Positions 1 through 14,444 of a DNA stretch of 64,000 bases are shown here, piece by piece; positions within the stretch are counted from its first letter, which is position 1; each line of letters starts with the position of its first letter. The notes beneath the pieces are model-generated. The model saw nothing but the letters and a program-made list of their open reading frames with translations, had not been told where the DNA came from and did not search any database. The position numbers and the translations under genes are program-made. Source of the DNA: Cycas panzhihuaensis (taxonomy: Eukaryota; Plantae; Cycadophyta); contig CM041465.1 in assembly GCA_023213395.1 (NCBI GenBank), positions 194,377,741-194,441,740 of the forward strand, written 5' to 3'.

Positions 1-1600
1 GCTCCTCTTTTGTTGTTCTAAAGCTTTCTCTTGTATTTCTTATAACTAATGGAGGATCTGCCTTTGTTCCTGATTTTCCCCAATTAGGATTCTAGGTCTG
101 ATATGATGGTGGCTCATATCTCCTTGTATGTGTTGATCTACTGTCTCTGAGTTCTGCCTCTACATTTCTTGCTATCTGAATTGCTACTTGGAGTTGTGGT
201 GGATCTGTTGCTTTAACTCTAAATTTGATCTGATTTTTCAATCCACTAATATAAGTCTCTAGTAAACATTCATGCGGTATTTTTTCTTAGACCATACATT
301 GTAGCGTTTGAAATTGTTCTGTATATTCTTGGATTGTTCCTTGTTGATGCAATCGTGTTAACTGAGCAAAGTAATCTGTGTTCCAAGAATCGTCATATTA
401 CTCTACTAATCCTCCTCTTAGATTCTCCCAAGTCTGTTGTATTGGTAAATTCATCTTTTGCCACCAATAGTACCATCTTAATGCCATTCCGTTTAAGTGT
501 AAGGATGTTATTTCCATCTTTTCCTTAGCTGTTGAGTTATAGACCTTAAAATAGTTCTCCATTTGTAAGATCCAATTTGTGATATTCTTGGATACTTTGG
601 GATCAAATTTTTCCAAGCATAATCTTGCTCCTTTCCATCCATTATCCATGTTGGAAGTTCTCCTTTCATAAACTCATCCATCAAATCTATTCCCTTGGTT
701 TTCTTGATTGTTCCAAGTATCTATTTGATCTATTCCTGATGCATTGTTGTTATCCATTTCTCCACCCGATGCATTCTGTGTTGCTTGATCTGCTTTTGCT
801 AGTAACTCCTAGATTAAGGTTGTTAAAGCCTTTATGCTCTGGTTTAATTCTGATGTGCCTTCAATTTTTTCCTCTGAGGTTCTGGATTGGCCTGCCATCT
901 TCCTAAGAATGAGGTTTTTCCTTGATCTCAATTCCGTTTCTATTTTCCTTGGGGGGGGGGAATTTTTGACCTTTTTTATGCTTTTACCTTTGCCCTTTCC
1001 CCTCGAAACGAAGCTCTGATACCACTTGTAACGATCTAGTTCTACTTTTATAGCAATTTTCCTCAAAAATACATGTAATAATCCACAAAAAATAATAACT
1101 AGATGCTATTCAACAAGAAAATGAACAAGGAACAAGAATTATAAAATCCACAAAAGTAAATAATAATCTTTATTATCAAATAATACCAAAATAGGGTGAA
1201 ATTACAACGAAATACCAATCTTTCCTGAAGAAGTGAGCTTCCCTCTTCAAGGCGAGGAACCCTCCAAACTGCAGCCCCCAAAAGGGCAAGCTAATTGCAA
1301 CCATAGAACCAAAAATGCGCGACCAAAAGAACCTCTGAATGATGGTTTGGGATGCAGCCCAAACTTCTTATATATAGTGATCAAAATACTTCAATTAGAA
1401 GTTGACTAGACTGGGTGATATTATCCTTAATATTGCTTAAATAGAAATCGGCCAGAACTTCTCCAAAACTAGCAGGCTAACTTTAAACGGTCATAACTTT
1501 TGATAGAGATGTCGGAATTGACTTTTGTTTGAACCATTGGAATCCTTATTCAAAGGCCTTCGATTTGAATAGTTACATGGCATAGTTTTGACTAGATTTT
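1..1600 (-). mobile_element. Ty3/gypsy (chromovirus-like) 5' end: LTR, PBS and degenerate gag
   Basis: PBS gctctgatacca at 1013-1024; LTR starts tgtaacg at 1027 (other end approximate); ORF 398..649 has a retrotransposon-gag pattern (NWILQMENYF...LNGMALRWYYW). Confidence 0.75.
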
Positions 1601-1724
1601 GGAATGTCACATGGAATTTTTTGAAGGATGTGTATAAAAAGACTCCTGAAGAGGTACAAAAGGTTCTTGAAAAGGCAAACAAAATTAATGATGGTTGTGA
1701 TACAGATAAAAAGGATTAAAAAAG

Positions 1725-2221
1725 TGTTAAAAATAGGGTACCAGGATTGCTCTAATACCATGTTAAAAATAGGGTAGTAGAATTGCTCAAATACCATGTT
1801 AAAATAATGGATACAACAATAATGAACTCATGAATATGTACACAGTGAATCAATTAACATGAATGGAAAATAAAGCAAGCATCATCAAACATAATCATCA
1901 CCACAAGACACCAAGATTTATACATGGAAAACCCATTGTGGGAAAAACCACAGGAAAAGGTGGAGTTAGGACTCCACTTATGACCATAAGGGTTTACATC
2001 TTTCTCCTCTCTCCTTCATCGACTTTTTCAAATTCTCAAGTGGTGAGTATACATATATGTAGTGAAAATCACCTCATGAGTAGCCTATCAAATAAAATGA
2101 GCCATTACAACATCCAATAAAGATGATGTAATGGATATGTGTGCATCTCACATATCTTGAAGTAGGTGAATGGTGGAAAGTGCATGTGTACACCATATAC
2201 ATTAAACATTATGTTTTAACA
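1725..2221 (-). mobile_element. Copia-type LTR (1797-2221) preceded by a tandemly duplicated 36-bp PBS/LTR-edge unit
   Basis: TGTTAAAA...TTTTAACA termini; 1725-1760 and 1761-1796 are 36-bp copies, each ending in a PBS-like gctc(t/a)aatacca. Confidence 0.7.
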
Positions 2222-3319
2222 GAAAGTATTGTTGATACATATGAAAAGGTATGTTAAGAAATTATAGATATTGATGAAACTACCAATGAATGTGAAGAGA
2301 CTACTCTTGAATGTATTGAATCTAATGAAATTATTGAGCATGTTGAGATTGATGAACCAACTACTGGTGGTTGTGATCAAGCAATAGAAATTTCTTCAAA
2401 TGTTCATATTGTTTTAGGGGAGGATGAATCTGAATCTGATTATCGTGTTGAAGATAAATCTATTGATTCAAACTCAATTCTTGGGTTGAATATTAATTCA
2501 AATTTGAATTGTTTGCAAGTTGATAAAGAATTTGCTCCAAAGGCTGAAAAACTTGTTCTTAGATATGAAGAAGAATTCATACAGGATGATGATGTTCATT
2601 TCTCAAATGTTTCAAGTGATGTTGATTCCTCTTTTGATGTCTTATCTTCAAATCTTGATATTAGCTCAATTGATGTTGATTATTCATATGTTGAAAAAAA
2701 TGAAGGCAAATATGTGGTGACTGAAACAACGGTTGAAGACATGCTTGATATACACTTCAAATTTCAAGATGCTTTTGATGATTCCGTACAGGATTACTTA
2801 CAAGATCTACATCAAGCTCAAGTTGAACCAACAATGATTTACTACACCTTTTGTATGATGAAAGATTCAGTGTTGCACATCAAGATGAAGAATGTCAAAA
2901 TCAAGGACCATTGCTCTCGAGGACGTTGCAAATTCAAGGATTCCCCAAATGTGTATTAAGGGGAGGTGTTAGACTTTAGAGGGTTACATATTATAATATT
3001 CTTGTAATGCACATTTATGCAAGTAGGTGGTCTATAGTTTATTGGTCAATTAATAGGTCTTATGTTATTAGTTGTGTTAGAGGTTGATGATCCCACATGT
3101 ACCACACTTCATCCTCCATATTCTCACTTGTGATGTATAAATAAGTGAGGTAGAGTAGAGGACATTGAGTCAAGATGGAGATTATTGTGGAGTAATTGTT
3201 GTGGTGTCATTATGATGTAGACATTCTTACTGATTATGAGTTAATTATATTTCCATTATGTTCATGATACTTATTTCATTGTTCATGATATTGGATGATC
3301 TCTATTAGTTAATTTAACA
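2222..3319 (+). mobile_element. 3' end of an LTR element: Asp/Glu-rich degenerate ORF, PPT and 3' LTR (2967-3319)
   Basis: aaggggagg PPT directly before tgttagac; LTR ends tttaaca; ORF 2486..2959 is acidic with no recognisable pol domain. Confidence 0.6.
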
Positions 3320-3399
3320 TCCTGATCAAGACACCAATGTGGGAGAATGGCTAGAAATGATCAAAACACTGAAAGAGTACACGAATGATACAGAGATTG

Positions 3400-6300
3400 A
3401 AGATTATGGACCATGTGTGGAACTTCTCATGGAAGAAAAAGCTTCTTAATTAGTTCATTAATTGGTCTAATAGACCAAAAATGTCAAAATTATTCAATGA
3501 CTAGTTCTGGTTTCAAAAGACATTAATAGCCACATCAAGGGAGTGGAATCAAGAGAAGCAAATTCAAACCAACCCAATGTACATATAGGAACAAAACGAC
3601 AACTTTGCAAATGAAGAACAAGAAGACCTACTCAGGATAAAGATGACGACAAAAAATGATCTAATTGTATACAACACGAAGAATCAGGCAATGGGGAATT
3701 CTCACACCCACAAGAAGATGCCAAGCAGATGATGAAGCAAGATTTGGTAGCCAAAGAAGAACCCACCATAGCCCAGCAAAAGGCATTGCAAATAGGCGAG
3801 CTTTGAGGGTTAGGGATCTAGATTCATCCTTTCTCTCATAGAGGGCACAAAGTATAGTCCATGCTTCATGAGATGTTTGGGAAGTTTCGATATTTTGGTC
3901 CACTTGGTCTTCAACAACCAAGTGGAGAAAGGATAGAGCAATATTATCCTTAACTTTGAAATTAGTTAAGGCTATAGGGTCTGGAGGAATTGTGATGATA
4001 GGATCATTACGATCTTTTGTTGGCATAGGTAGGGGTATATCTTCATTTACATATGCTCAAAATTCACTTATTATATTAAGTTTTTAACTTGTTTTTCCCA
4101 CGGTATGAAGTTGTTAATTCAATTTAGTTTAATTGTATTGAAGAGTAACATTTGTGATACCATTTTTTGCTAAATTTTTTGTTTTGTTTCATTTTATGTC
4201 TTCAAGGTTTTGTGCTTGTGAACTAATCTACCTAAGAGGCTACTAAACTAGAGTTCTAAATCTCAAGGGTCTCTAGGAAAGTTCTCAGTTACTATCATGT
4301 CTAGTGACACCTACCCACAAGTGGCAAAGGAGAGACCTAATATATTGGTACGTGAGCTCAAAAGCTTGATATACCTTAGTACTTGGGCTATAGAGAAGGT
4401 CTAAGACCCCGTTGATTTGTTTCCCCACCTACGCCAAACTTATGCCTAGCGACAGATATAGCGATGAAAACTTATCAAACCAAGGCACTCAACCCCTCTG
4501 GGTCTAGCCTGGTCTCTAAACTCGAATAGGAAAGGTCTACACCTCAGTCTGCCACTTATTACACCTTATAACCAATGGTTTCCTCAACAAATTAGAGTAC
4601 ATCAATGGCATGTGCGAGGTGGTAACTTCAGGGGTCATAATCATTCCCCTTGCAAAACTGGAAATGGGAGATTAATTAGGAGATTATCTTTTTTAATGTG
4701 AAAAGAATGATTTTATGGTGAGTTTTTTACAAACACAAGGTTCCTTTCAAGCAAAATAACTGAAATAAAGATGAAAATAAATGAAATAAAAAGATAAAGA
4801 TGGGTTTAGGGTGCTCTTTGATGGGTCAAACTCAAGAGAGAATCATATCAACCTTCCAAGAGCAACACTTACACAAAACCAACACCATGCACTCGTTAGA
4901 TTTAAAAAACTGAATTAAACAGATGAACAAAGATTAGCCACAGCCCAAAGTAGCACAAGCACTTATAAAAACTGAAATAAGGCTTTAAAATTTGAGAAAA
5001 AATGTTCAAAATGCTCAAACACTAAGGCCCACTTTGACAACTTATATCTTCAGCAAATCGGCTCTAAATTAGGTTCAATCTGATCCTAGTATATAGAGCT
5101 CTGAATCTACTTTCTGACAATCTAGACGATTTGCAAAATGGACTTACGGTTGCTAAGATACAGTCAAAACAGTGCAGGTACCTTTTTATAACAATCCAAA
5201 TGAGGATGGACTTAAGCCCCTTCTGAAACTAGCCCCTCATCACCTGCAGACTATATATGACTTCTCGTTGATGCAGCTAGGGGGCTTATGGACCCAAAAT
5301 AATATCAAATGCAAGTTACCCCTCTTTTGAAAATGCAAAAATAATTAAATATGGTTGAATCTACTTTGGAGTCTGCCCTTTAAGCCAAAAAGAGGGTCAT
5401 ATGGAGATTAAATGCAAGCAACTAAGGGGCTAAGCCATCGAATCTCAACTAAAAGTCAAATATAATTTGATTTTATGAGCTAAAGTTGCAAACCATTGAA
5501 AAAATATAAGATTTTTTGATTAAAAAAAGAGTTGTGAGGCTCACACGACCTGCACGCAAATATGGGCAGCCCGTGGAGAGAACGGGAGCTTGAAAACTCG
5601 ATGAAATCACCACGGAAAGATGTGAAATCATAAAGAGCGGGACACAAGAAGTAAAGGAAGGTAATAGACTAGTTATTTTCAAAGAATAAGCTCAGAATGA
5701 GAAGAACATAACCATGAAAAGCCAAAGGGCTGCAAGAGCCAAACAGAGCAGAATTGAGCTTAATGGAGCCTGAAATCACTTCAAGCAGACTCCAACAAGC
5801 AAAAAATGAGGGTGCAGTGCCACCAGAGAGTGAAATAGGGATTCAGCAAAGAGATATGAGCAGATCTAGGGTTGGAATGATGTAGAAACGGGCTTTTCTC
5901 TCCGTTTTTCCCTAAAAAATTGGAACCAGTTCACATACGTCTGCACACAAGCTTGAAATCCACTACAAGAGACTAAAATATTTTGGAAACAGGCTGCACT
6001 TCACGTGAACAGATTAGAATACACTAATTTTTGAGAAAAACGTGAAGAAATAAGAGCAAACAAGGTGTCATTATGAAGGAACAGGCCTTCGTTTGTCAAT
6101 ATTTCTCAAATATAACTCCAAATCAGAGTACAAATAACTCTGATACCATGCCAAAATACTTCAGGATCAATAAATCATGTGTTCTGAACAATATATCAAG
6201 CAAAACTATCTAAAAAATGCAAGAAATAACCATAAACATGCGAGAACAACAAAATATTAGAGAACACGGGTGAATTTGTCACCACGCGAGGCTCGATTTT

Positions 6301-6540
6301 GGTAGAGCTTCTACATAACCATCAAAGTAATGTACAAAGCAATGATACAGGGCTCTATTTATAGGTATCCCGTCAATAATTTGATGAATATAATTAGCCG
6401 ACTAAGCAGCACATACAGTGGACCCCACCATATTATACAATGAGATTAAATTACAACAAAGGGTCGCCTTAGGGTTACATTATGCACATAATATTACATG
6501 AAATACAAGGAAATGATGGTGCTATTACATAGTTTTAACA
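3400..6540 (-). mobile_element. Truncated Ty1/copia: 5' LTR 6149-6540, PBS 6137-6148, ~2-kb leader and gag (UBN2-type)
   Basis: actctgatacca PBS; LTR ends ttttaaca; ORF 3661..4026 (ALSFLHLVVEDQV...SHEAWTILCALYERKDESR). Confidence 0.75.
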
Positions 6541-6699
6541 AGCTTCTCTATTTATAGCCTTTAAAGAACAAGTTTGACCTTTCCCTCTAAAAAATTGACT
6601 TCATAATGAAATATAATGATTAATTCTTCCTTTATTCCTCCTAAAAATTGACTTTATAATAATAAGTTCTTCTACAAAAATCAACTTCTTTTATTTTGG

Positions 6700-9600
6700 G
6701 GACGCTACACTGCCTATTATGTGTTTGGAAGCTCTTGAATATTAGATATTACAATAAAGAGTTTCTTTCCCTTGTCACCTTTCTTCAAAGAATGACAAAA
6801 AAATGTCCAAACTATTGTTTTTCCCTCCCCTGGTTTTGTCGACCACTTGGCTTCTTCTGATTCTATTGATCCACTTGCAACTTCCTACAATTCTTCTTGA
6901 AGTAACTCGATTTGCCACAATAATAAGACAATTTGATATGTCCCTTAGGGCCCACATTCTTAACATTCGACTCCTTGGGACTATTCTTCCTCTTGGGAAT
7001 AAAGGACATTTTAACTTTAAATTTGGTTGCAAAAGCTCTAAAAGATTTGCCTTCATCATTGTCCCTTAGCAATTTTTTATGTTGTAGCAACATACCTTCC
7101 ACATTGTTGAATGCGACAAAACTCAACTTATTTATCATCATGAAGCTTGTTAGAAAGCTCTCATACAATTTGGGTAAACTCCTAAGAATAGCAAGGTTTA
7201 TATCTTTGTCGGTGATAGTTTCTCCAATATTTTCCAATTGATTTATAATTGCTTTCACATGTTGGATATAGTCCACCATCAAACTAGTCAACTTTAAACT
7301 GTAAAGTTTGTTCTTCAGTATCATAACTCATCTATCATTTCTAGTCTCAAACAAAGATATAATGGAATCCCATGCCTGCTTGGGTGTAGTTATAGTCTTC
7401 ACATTTTCAATCAGATTACCATTAATTAACAAAATGATAAGGCCCAATGCAACACTATTCTTGACATCAAACTCAACCTTTTCCAAAGTGCCATTAGTTG
7501 GTGTAGAAACCTTTCCCTCAACATAAAGCTATTCGGGAACATGAAATCATACACAAATGTTCCCAACCGCAGAATCTTTTACCATACACAGCAAGCAAAC
7601 AAATCTACACAGATAACAGATGCACAGTATACAAAAATTTACGTAGGAATACCCTTTCAGGAAAAAACCCACCACGAAAGGATCCTTGATGGATCACTTG
7701 ATTATTTCACAATGAATCGATACAATGATTCTTGGATGTTGAATATACAAGGCCTCAAGGCATTTATACTCTCCCATGAGGTGTCACTCGATTAGGGTTG
7801 TGATCCTCTGAATAAGTCGCACCTTTTTGGCTTCACACCTTTGCACTTAATTAAACCACATTAACATTAACTAAGTGGCTTAATAATTAACTGCCACATT
7901 GACATCCCCCCTTAATGTGAATGTCGGGAGCCTGCCAACTGCAACAGTTGTGTTATCACAAGGTTGGGATTATCCTGCAGCTTCTTTATCTTTGTCAATA
8001 CATCCTCCCTCAAGGATAACATTGGTGAGTCCAAGTCCAGTACACATCTTCGTGAATTGATCTTCAATAAGAGGTTTGGTGAACACGTCCGCAAGCTGGA
8101 ATTCACTCGGATAGTAGTTGACCTACAGCTTCCCTGATTTGATCTATTCACTAATGTAATGGTGTTGAATCTCAATGTGCTTCGTACGCACATGAAACTC
8201 TGGATTCTTTGATAGGCGAATGGTACTTTGGTTATCAACAAAGATAACCGGGTGTCCATTTGAAACTCCAAGAGACCTTGCAACCATCTGACTTCCTTCG
8301 CACCCTTGAGTCCTTGATATTCTACCTCAGAAGAGGCGCCATTATGCCGCTACTTCTTTGACTGCCATGAAACAAATCCATTGCCAACACCAAACAGGTA
8401 TCCAACAACAGATTTCCAATCATTGGAATCTCCTCCCCAATCAACATCCGTGTAGCCATGCAATTGTATCTCTTCACCTCGATGGTATTCGAGACCAAGA
8501 TTAATAGTCCCCTTCAAATACTTCAAAATCCACTTCGCTGCAACCAAATGAGGTTCCTGAGGATTCTGCATGTAGCGGGAAACCAACCCGACAGCATATG
8601 CGATATCAGGTCAGGTATGAGTCAAGTAGATTAGACTCCCTACCAGTTGGCGATACTTTATGCCATCTACAGAGGGCTTGGCCATATCTTTCTGCAACTT
8701 TGCGCCTTTTACACATGGTGTTGCAACTAGTTTGCAATTTTGCATTCCAAATTTCTCCAGCAAGTTTTTCACATAATGCGACTACAACAACACAATCCTG
8801 TCATCCATCTGCCTGACCTAAATGCCCAAGAAGTAGTGAAGTCTCCCAAGGTCTATCATGTCAAATAAAGCTCCCAGATTGGATTTGACTTTAGCAATAG
8901 CCTTGCCACAGTTACCGCCGATGACCAAATCATCCACATACACCACACAAGCTACTATTGAAGTCCCTCTTCTCTTCACATACAAATTTGGGTCAAGTTC
9001 AGAAATCTCGAAACCTTCAGCTTTCAACTTCACATCCATCTTTTCATACTAAGCACAAGGTTCTTGTTTCAAGCAATAGATTGACTTCTTCAAACGGCAC
9101 ACAAGATGCTCCTGTCCATCCTTAACGAATCCCAGAGGCTGCGACATATATATCTCCTCCTTTAGATCTCCATTAAATAATGCAGACTTTACGTCCATCT
9201 GATATAACTCCCAATCGTAAGTTGCTGCTAAGGAAATGAGCAAACTGACTGTTGTCATTCTGGAGACTGGTGCAAATGTCTCCTCATAGTCAATTCCTTC
9301 TTTCTACTTGAATCCTTGCGCAACAAGTCTGGCTTTAAACTTGTCCACCTCTCCATTAGAGCAAAACTTTGTCTTGTAGAACCACTTGCATCCTACAAGA
9401 TTCTTTGTCGGAGGTAGTGGAACTAAATCCCACGTGTCGTTCTTCAGCAAAGAACCATGCTCCTCCTCTATTACAGCTCTCCATCTTGGATCTCCTTTCA
9501 CTTCATCGAACGAATCAGGATCATTAGAGTCATTGGTGTCTACCAACAGCGTACGACTAGCATGTTGACTTCATGTTCTTCGATCATCAGTTAAGGTATG

Positions 9601-12600
9601 CATCACCACACCAGAATCTTCTAGAGTCTTCCTTGCCCACAAAGGTATTGAAGGACCTGTTGCTGGAGGTACTTCAACTCGCGGCGGCTCCTCACTACTA
9701 CTTGTCCCACTTGATCCTGCTTCCTTAGGTGTTTCAGCGATTGGCTCGTTGTCCTCTTCGCTTAATGAATCTGGGAATGGGAGGAGGGGGAGGGGTAAAA
9801 AGGCTCCTCTGATGATCGTTCAGCATGATACGTCAATGTCTCATCAAATTTGACATCCCAACTAACCACAATCTTCTCCCCCTGTGGATCCCATAGTCAG
9901 TAAGCTTTATTCTCAGTGCAATACCCCATGAATATGCACATTAGACTTTTCTAATCCAACTTCTTTCAGGTATCATCTAGGATGTGGACGTACACAACAC
10001 ACCCAAACGTTCTTAAATGGCTAATGACAGGCTTACGACCGGTCCATTTTTCTTCAGGGGTCATGCTGCGAACTGTTTGAGTGGGTGCCCGGTTCAAAAT
10101 ATAAATAGCAATCACTACAGCTTCTGCCCAAAACTTTGGTGGCAGGTTTTTATCATGCACCATACACCTCGCCATCTCCATCATGGTACGGTTCTTTCTT
10201 TCAGCAACTCCATTCTGTTGTGGGGTATAGGGGACCGTAAATCCCCGCTTTATACAGGACTGATTAAACGCATTGTTGTCGTATTCCTTGCCATTATCAC
10301 TTCTTAACAACTTCATTTTCATATCAAATTCATTTTCGACCATCGCTTTCTAATCACGAAAGCGATCAAACACGTCTGACTTGTTCTTGAGAAACTAAAC
10401 CCAGGCCTTCCTTGTGTAATCATTTACAAATACAAGGGTATAACGAGCTCCAGATATCGAAAGGTTAGGAAGAGGACCCATTATGTCTGAATGTATAAGC
10501 TTCAGCTTCTCCTTGGCTCTCCAGGCATTATCCCAAGCAAAAGGGTAGCGATGGTGCTTGCCATACATACACCCTTCACACACACCATCTGAGCAGGTAA
10601 CCATCGGCAATCGTTCCACCATCTTCAACCTCTTCAACAGTGTAATACTCCTGTAATTAAGATGACCTAAGCAATTGGGCCACAACTTACTCACATCATC
10701 CACGCTGGTAACAAAGGCGTAGGACATCTTTTGAGACTTACACTTTTCAAACACCCAGAAGTTGTCCCTAATTTTCCCAGTAACTATGACAGCAAAGTTT
10801 TGTTTCAAATCCTTAATCAGGCATTTGTCATTATAGAGCTCCACCTTCATACCTTGTTTGCAGATCTCCCGGGCTTAAAGAAGGTTCAACTGCGTCTTCG
10901 GTACATAATACACCCTGATAAATTTACCTCCTGCAATGGAAACTTCACTGATACCTTCTACCAACAAAACGTGAGGATCTCCAAGGACAATCTCAGCACC
11001 ACTCTGATTTGAAGTCATCATAGCAAAGTTCTGCCTCTGGTAAGAAATGTGCTTCTGCGCTTCAAAGTCAAGCACCCAATAATCTCTCTAATCTGATTCG
11101 GCTGATAAGGCTTTTGCTCAAACACAGTGAGCAACAACATTCTTCCCTTTATCATTCCGGTTGACTTTGCGCTTGTCACGATGCTTAAACCAACAGTTCT
11201 TCTCGCGGTGACCATCCTTCTTGCAGTAATTGCATTTCCTGTTGAACTTCTTTTTGTCTTGAGAACTTTCTCCTGACCTTTGTGTGATCTTCTCCTCCTT
11301 AGTGGCCTCTTTCCTCTGAGTTTTCATAGCTAAGCCTTGACTTGAACCAAAACATCCAAGCATTCTGTGATGCTTAAGCTTCGCATCCTCTACTAGAATC
11401 AAGTTTTTAAGCCCCTCAAACGTTTCTTCTTCCATCACTTTGTCTCTACCATAAATGGCCTAGAATGTGGTGAAGGCAGCTGACAGTTTTGACATGATTA
11501 TTGCGAATAGCAATGCATCATCGATCGAGTTTGGCTTCAGTTCCTCCAGCTTATTCTTCAAGTCTGTAATCTTGTTAAGGTAGGAGCTAATGTTGTTCTC
11601 ATCCTCCACATGCGAGTTGAGTAATTCCAACATCAGTGCAAGACATCTATTTGTCTGCTTCTTTTCAAACGTATCACACAATTTTTTCCATATCTCAGTC
11701 GGTTCATCTAAATTGTGAACCAATGCTCTCTAGTCTAGTGCCAATGACAGTTTCAACAGTCCCATGGCCATAAATTGCTTCTCTTCGAGACGAATTCGCT
11801 CCTAATGGTCTAATGGAATCGCATCCACTTTTGCCTTGGTGATTCCCCAAAGTTGATTCACCATCAGAATAAGTTCCATATTGGTCTTCCACTCACTAAA
11901 ATTGTTACCATTGAAGATAACTTTGGGCATAATGCAATCCATCTTCCAGAAATAGGCTTCAATACGTAACAATCGATACCAAAACAAATGTATGCAGGAT
12001 AAAATTGCACCCCTATGTCCTCTGCCTCACGAGCATGCTTCCAAGGGCACCCAACATCGACTATACCCACGTTAAGTGAGCCACCGACTGTTTATGTGTC
12101 CTCAACCATCAACAAACAGCCTCTCACTACCCTTAAAAAGTGTCAAAATGACCCTCAAGGCACTTAAAATGATGCTCCAAGAACAAAGGGCGGCTCCACA
12201 CAGCTATAATGCATGGTCTCCAAGTCAAAAAACATAATAATCCTTCTTGATCCACGCTAAAAACGGCTCACGAGAGCTCCAAATAACTCCAAAGTTCTTC
12301 ACTATACAACATTTTCATCTTTGAGTTAATGATATAAGGGTCTTTTTATAAAGGTGAATTGGAGAGAATATACCAAAAGTATATTCTATGACTTGTGACT
12401 TTTTACAAAGTCCCATGCCTCTTCACTTAAGCCACGTGATTGAAATAAGAGGTAAAGGATATTTTAAAGTTTACTAGGTATTAAACCTTAGTAAAACTCA
12501 TCAAACTGAAGGGAAAAGTCGCATTAGCGTGATCTAAAGGGGTGCGACTACTGTACTGCATATCCAACCTGAGCACTATCAATCGGACCAGCACATGGAA

Positions 12601-14020
12601 GAACCACCTTATACAGACTCTATGTATGACTAGTAAGGAAGGAAATGAACAATGCAGCCACGATGATAAAGGGCCCATCCAACATAAAAGCGGACCAGCC
12701 ACTGTATAACGACTACAAACAACAAGGGCGACCCCAACACGCTAAAGAAAACGCCCAGCCAACACTACTAAGTGCCCAGCTAGCCTCCAAACACGCACAG
12801 CCACCATAAAAAGCGCTCAGCCAAGTGAATAAGCACTCAGGCAGCCGACAAAATGTTCTACAGTGTTATTTAATGCACACAAGTCTCCTAAATAGCTCAA
12901 CTATCTCTCAACACACAGATGTGGGTTCAACAATGTGTATTCAGCAGAGATAAGAGGTCATACTCCCACTTACAAAAGCACTACAACTCAAAAAAACAGT
13001 GGACAATGCTTTATACTACTATGTGCTCCATCTAATCTCAGTATAGAGGGCTGAAAATGACTCAAGAAGGCTCCAATCTCTCCCTTATACAGACTGAATG
13101 AAGGCCACACCAGAAAAAATACTTCTTCCGTTTTTTTGAATTTTATAGTGTTTTGGTTGAAAAATGATCGACTTACTTGTGTATATGGATGGCTGTCCTT
13201 ATAATCGTCAAATCATCATTAGGGCGTGCTCTGCAGGCATCAATCTCTGTAACAAATCTTCAACCAACTTCGGATGGCCCCCAACGAGTCAACTCCAACC
13301 AAGACTGTGGTCTTCATGACTGAATTTGACACCAATAAACCTTACGCTTCGTTGAATAGTGAATTTCACAACTTCAACCACCACTGATTCGCCGTGCCTG
13401 TTTTTGCACGTTATTGGGGTTGATGGACCCTCAAGACTCGTCTTGGGTAAGATGGCGTTACCTGGCAACCAATGATCCCACCGCCCTGCTCAACGTCAAG
13501 CTTCAGCTGTGTAGGATCCTATGACTCTGATACCATGTTCGAGAACATGAAATCATGCACAAATGTTCCCAACAACAGAATCTTTTACCATACACAGTAA
13601 GCAAACAAATATACACAGATAACAGATGCATTGTACACAAGAATTTACGTAAGAAAACCCTTTCGGAAAAAAACCCACCACAAAAGAATTCTTGATAGAT
13701 CACTTGATTATTTCACAATGAATCGATACAATGATTCTTGGATGTTGAATATACAAGGCCTCAAGGCATTTATACTATCCCAAGAGGTCTCACTTGATTA
13801 GGGTTGTGACTCTCTGAATAAATCACACCTTTTTGGCTTCACACCTTTTCACTTCATTAAACCACATTAACATTAACTAAGTGGCTTAATGATTAACTAT
13901 CACATTAACAAAAGGCAAAGCTCATTAATCATCAATAGACATTTTATCCAATATTTCTAGGTGCCAAAATTATCAACACTATCGAGTTTGTCTATGAAAG
14001 AGTTGAACACGTTTCCACCC
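6700..14020 (-). mobile_element. Degenerate Ty1/copia gag (6700-7529 plus 13911-14020), split by the nested element 7530-13910
   Basis: ORF 6863..7324 has UBN2 gag and a degenerate zinc knuckle; the gag N-terminus (..NWIKCLLMINELC..) resumes after 13910. Confidence 0.7.
7530..13910 (-). mobile_element. Full-length degenerate Ty1/copia LTR retrotransposon
   Basis: 375-bp LTRs at 7530-7904 and 13536-13910; PBS 13524-13535; PPT 7905-7913; TSD AAAGC/AAAGG; order gag (11930-11100), PR, integrase (10850-9850), RT (YVDD, 9546-8600), RNase H (8586-8015), with stops and frameshifts. Confidence 0.95.
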
Positions 14021-14388
14021 ATCATCCTAGCAGAAAACTTTAAAAATATGTCACACACTAAAAACACCCAAGTGGGTGTTAAGTAGCCCAAGCACGGCAA
14101 AAGGCTATTATTCTTATTAATTTTTCTATGGTTTTAGACTCTGATCACAAAGCAGAGTCCCAGAAAAGAGTAAAATCTTTGGTTGCTATGCAGGGTGCCA
14201 AAAATTTCATCATGTGACCACAACAATAAGATAGGAAATTTAAATACATGAACAATAGTGTTTTCAAAATTAGACAAAATATGAAGCAAGAAATGGCTTT
14301 AACCCTCTTCACACCATGTGTCTAGGGCACTATACTTCGAGAGCTTAACTAGATTTCACAGATTATGAAATGTGGTTTAATATAGGGC

Positions 14389-14392
<4 letters not shown>

Positions 14393-14441
<49 letters not shown>
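14393..14441. repeat. (TA)n microsatellite, about 24 units
   Basis: Perfect dinucleotide run. Confidence 0.97.
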
Positions 14442-14444
<3 letters not shown>

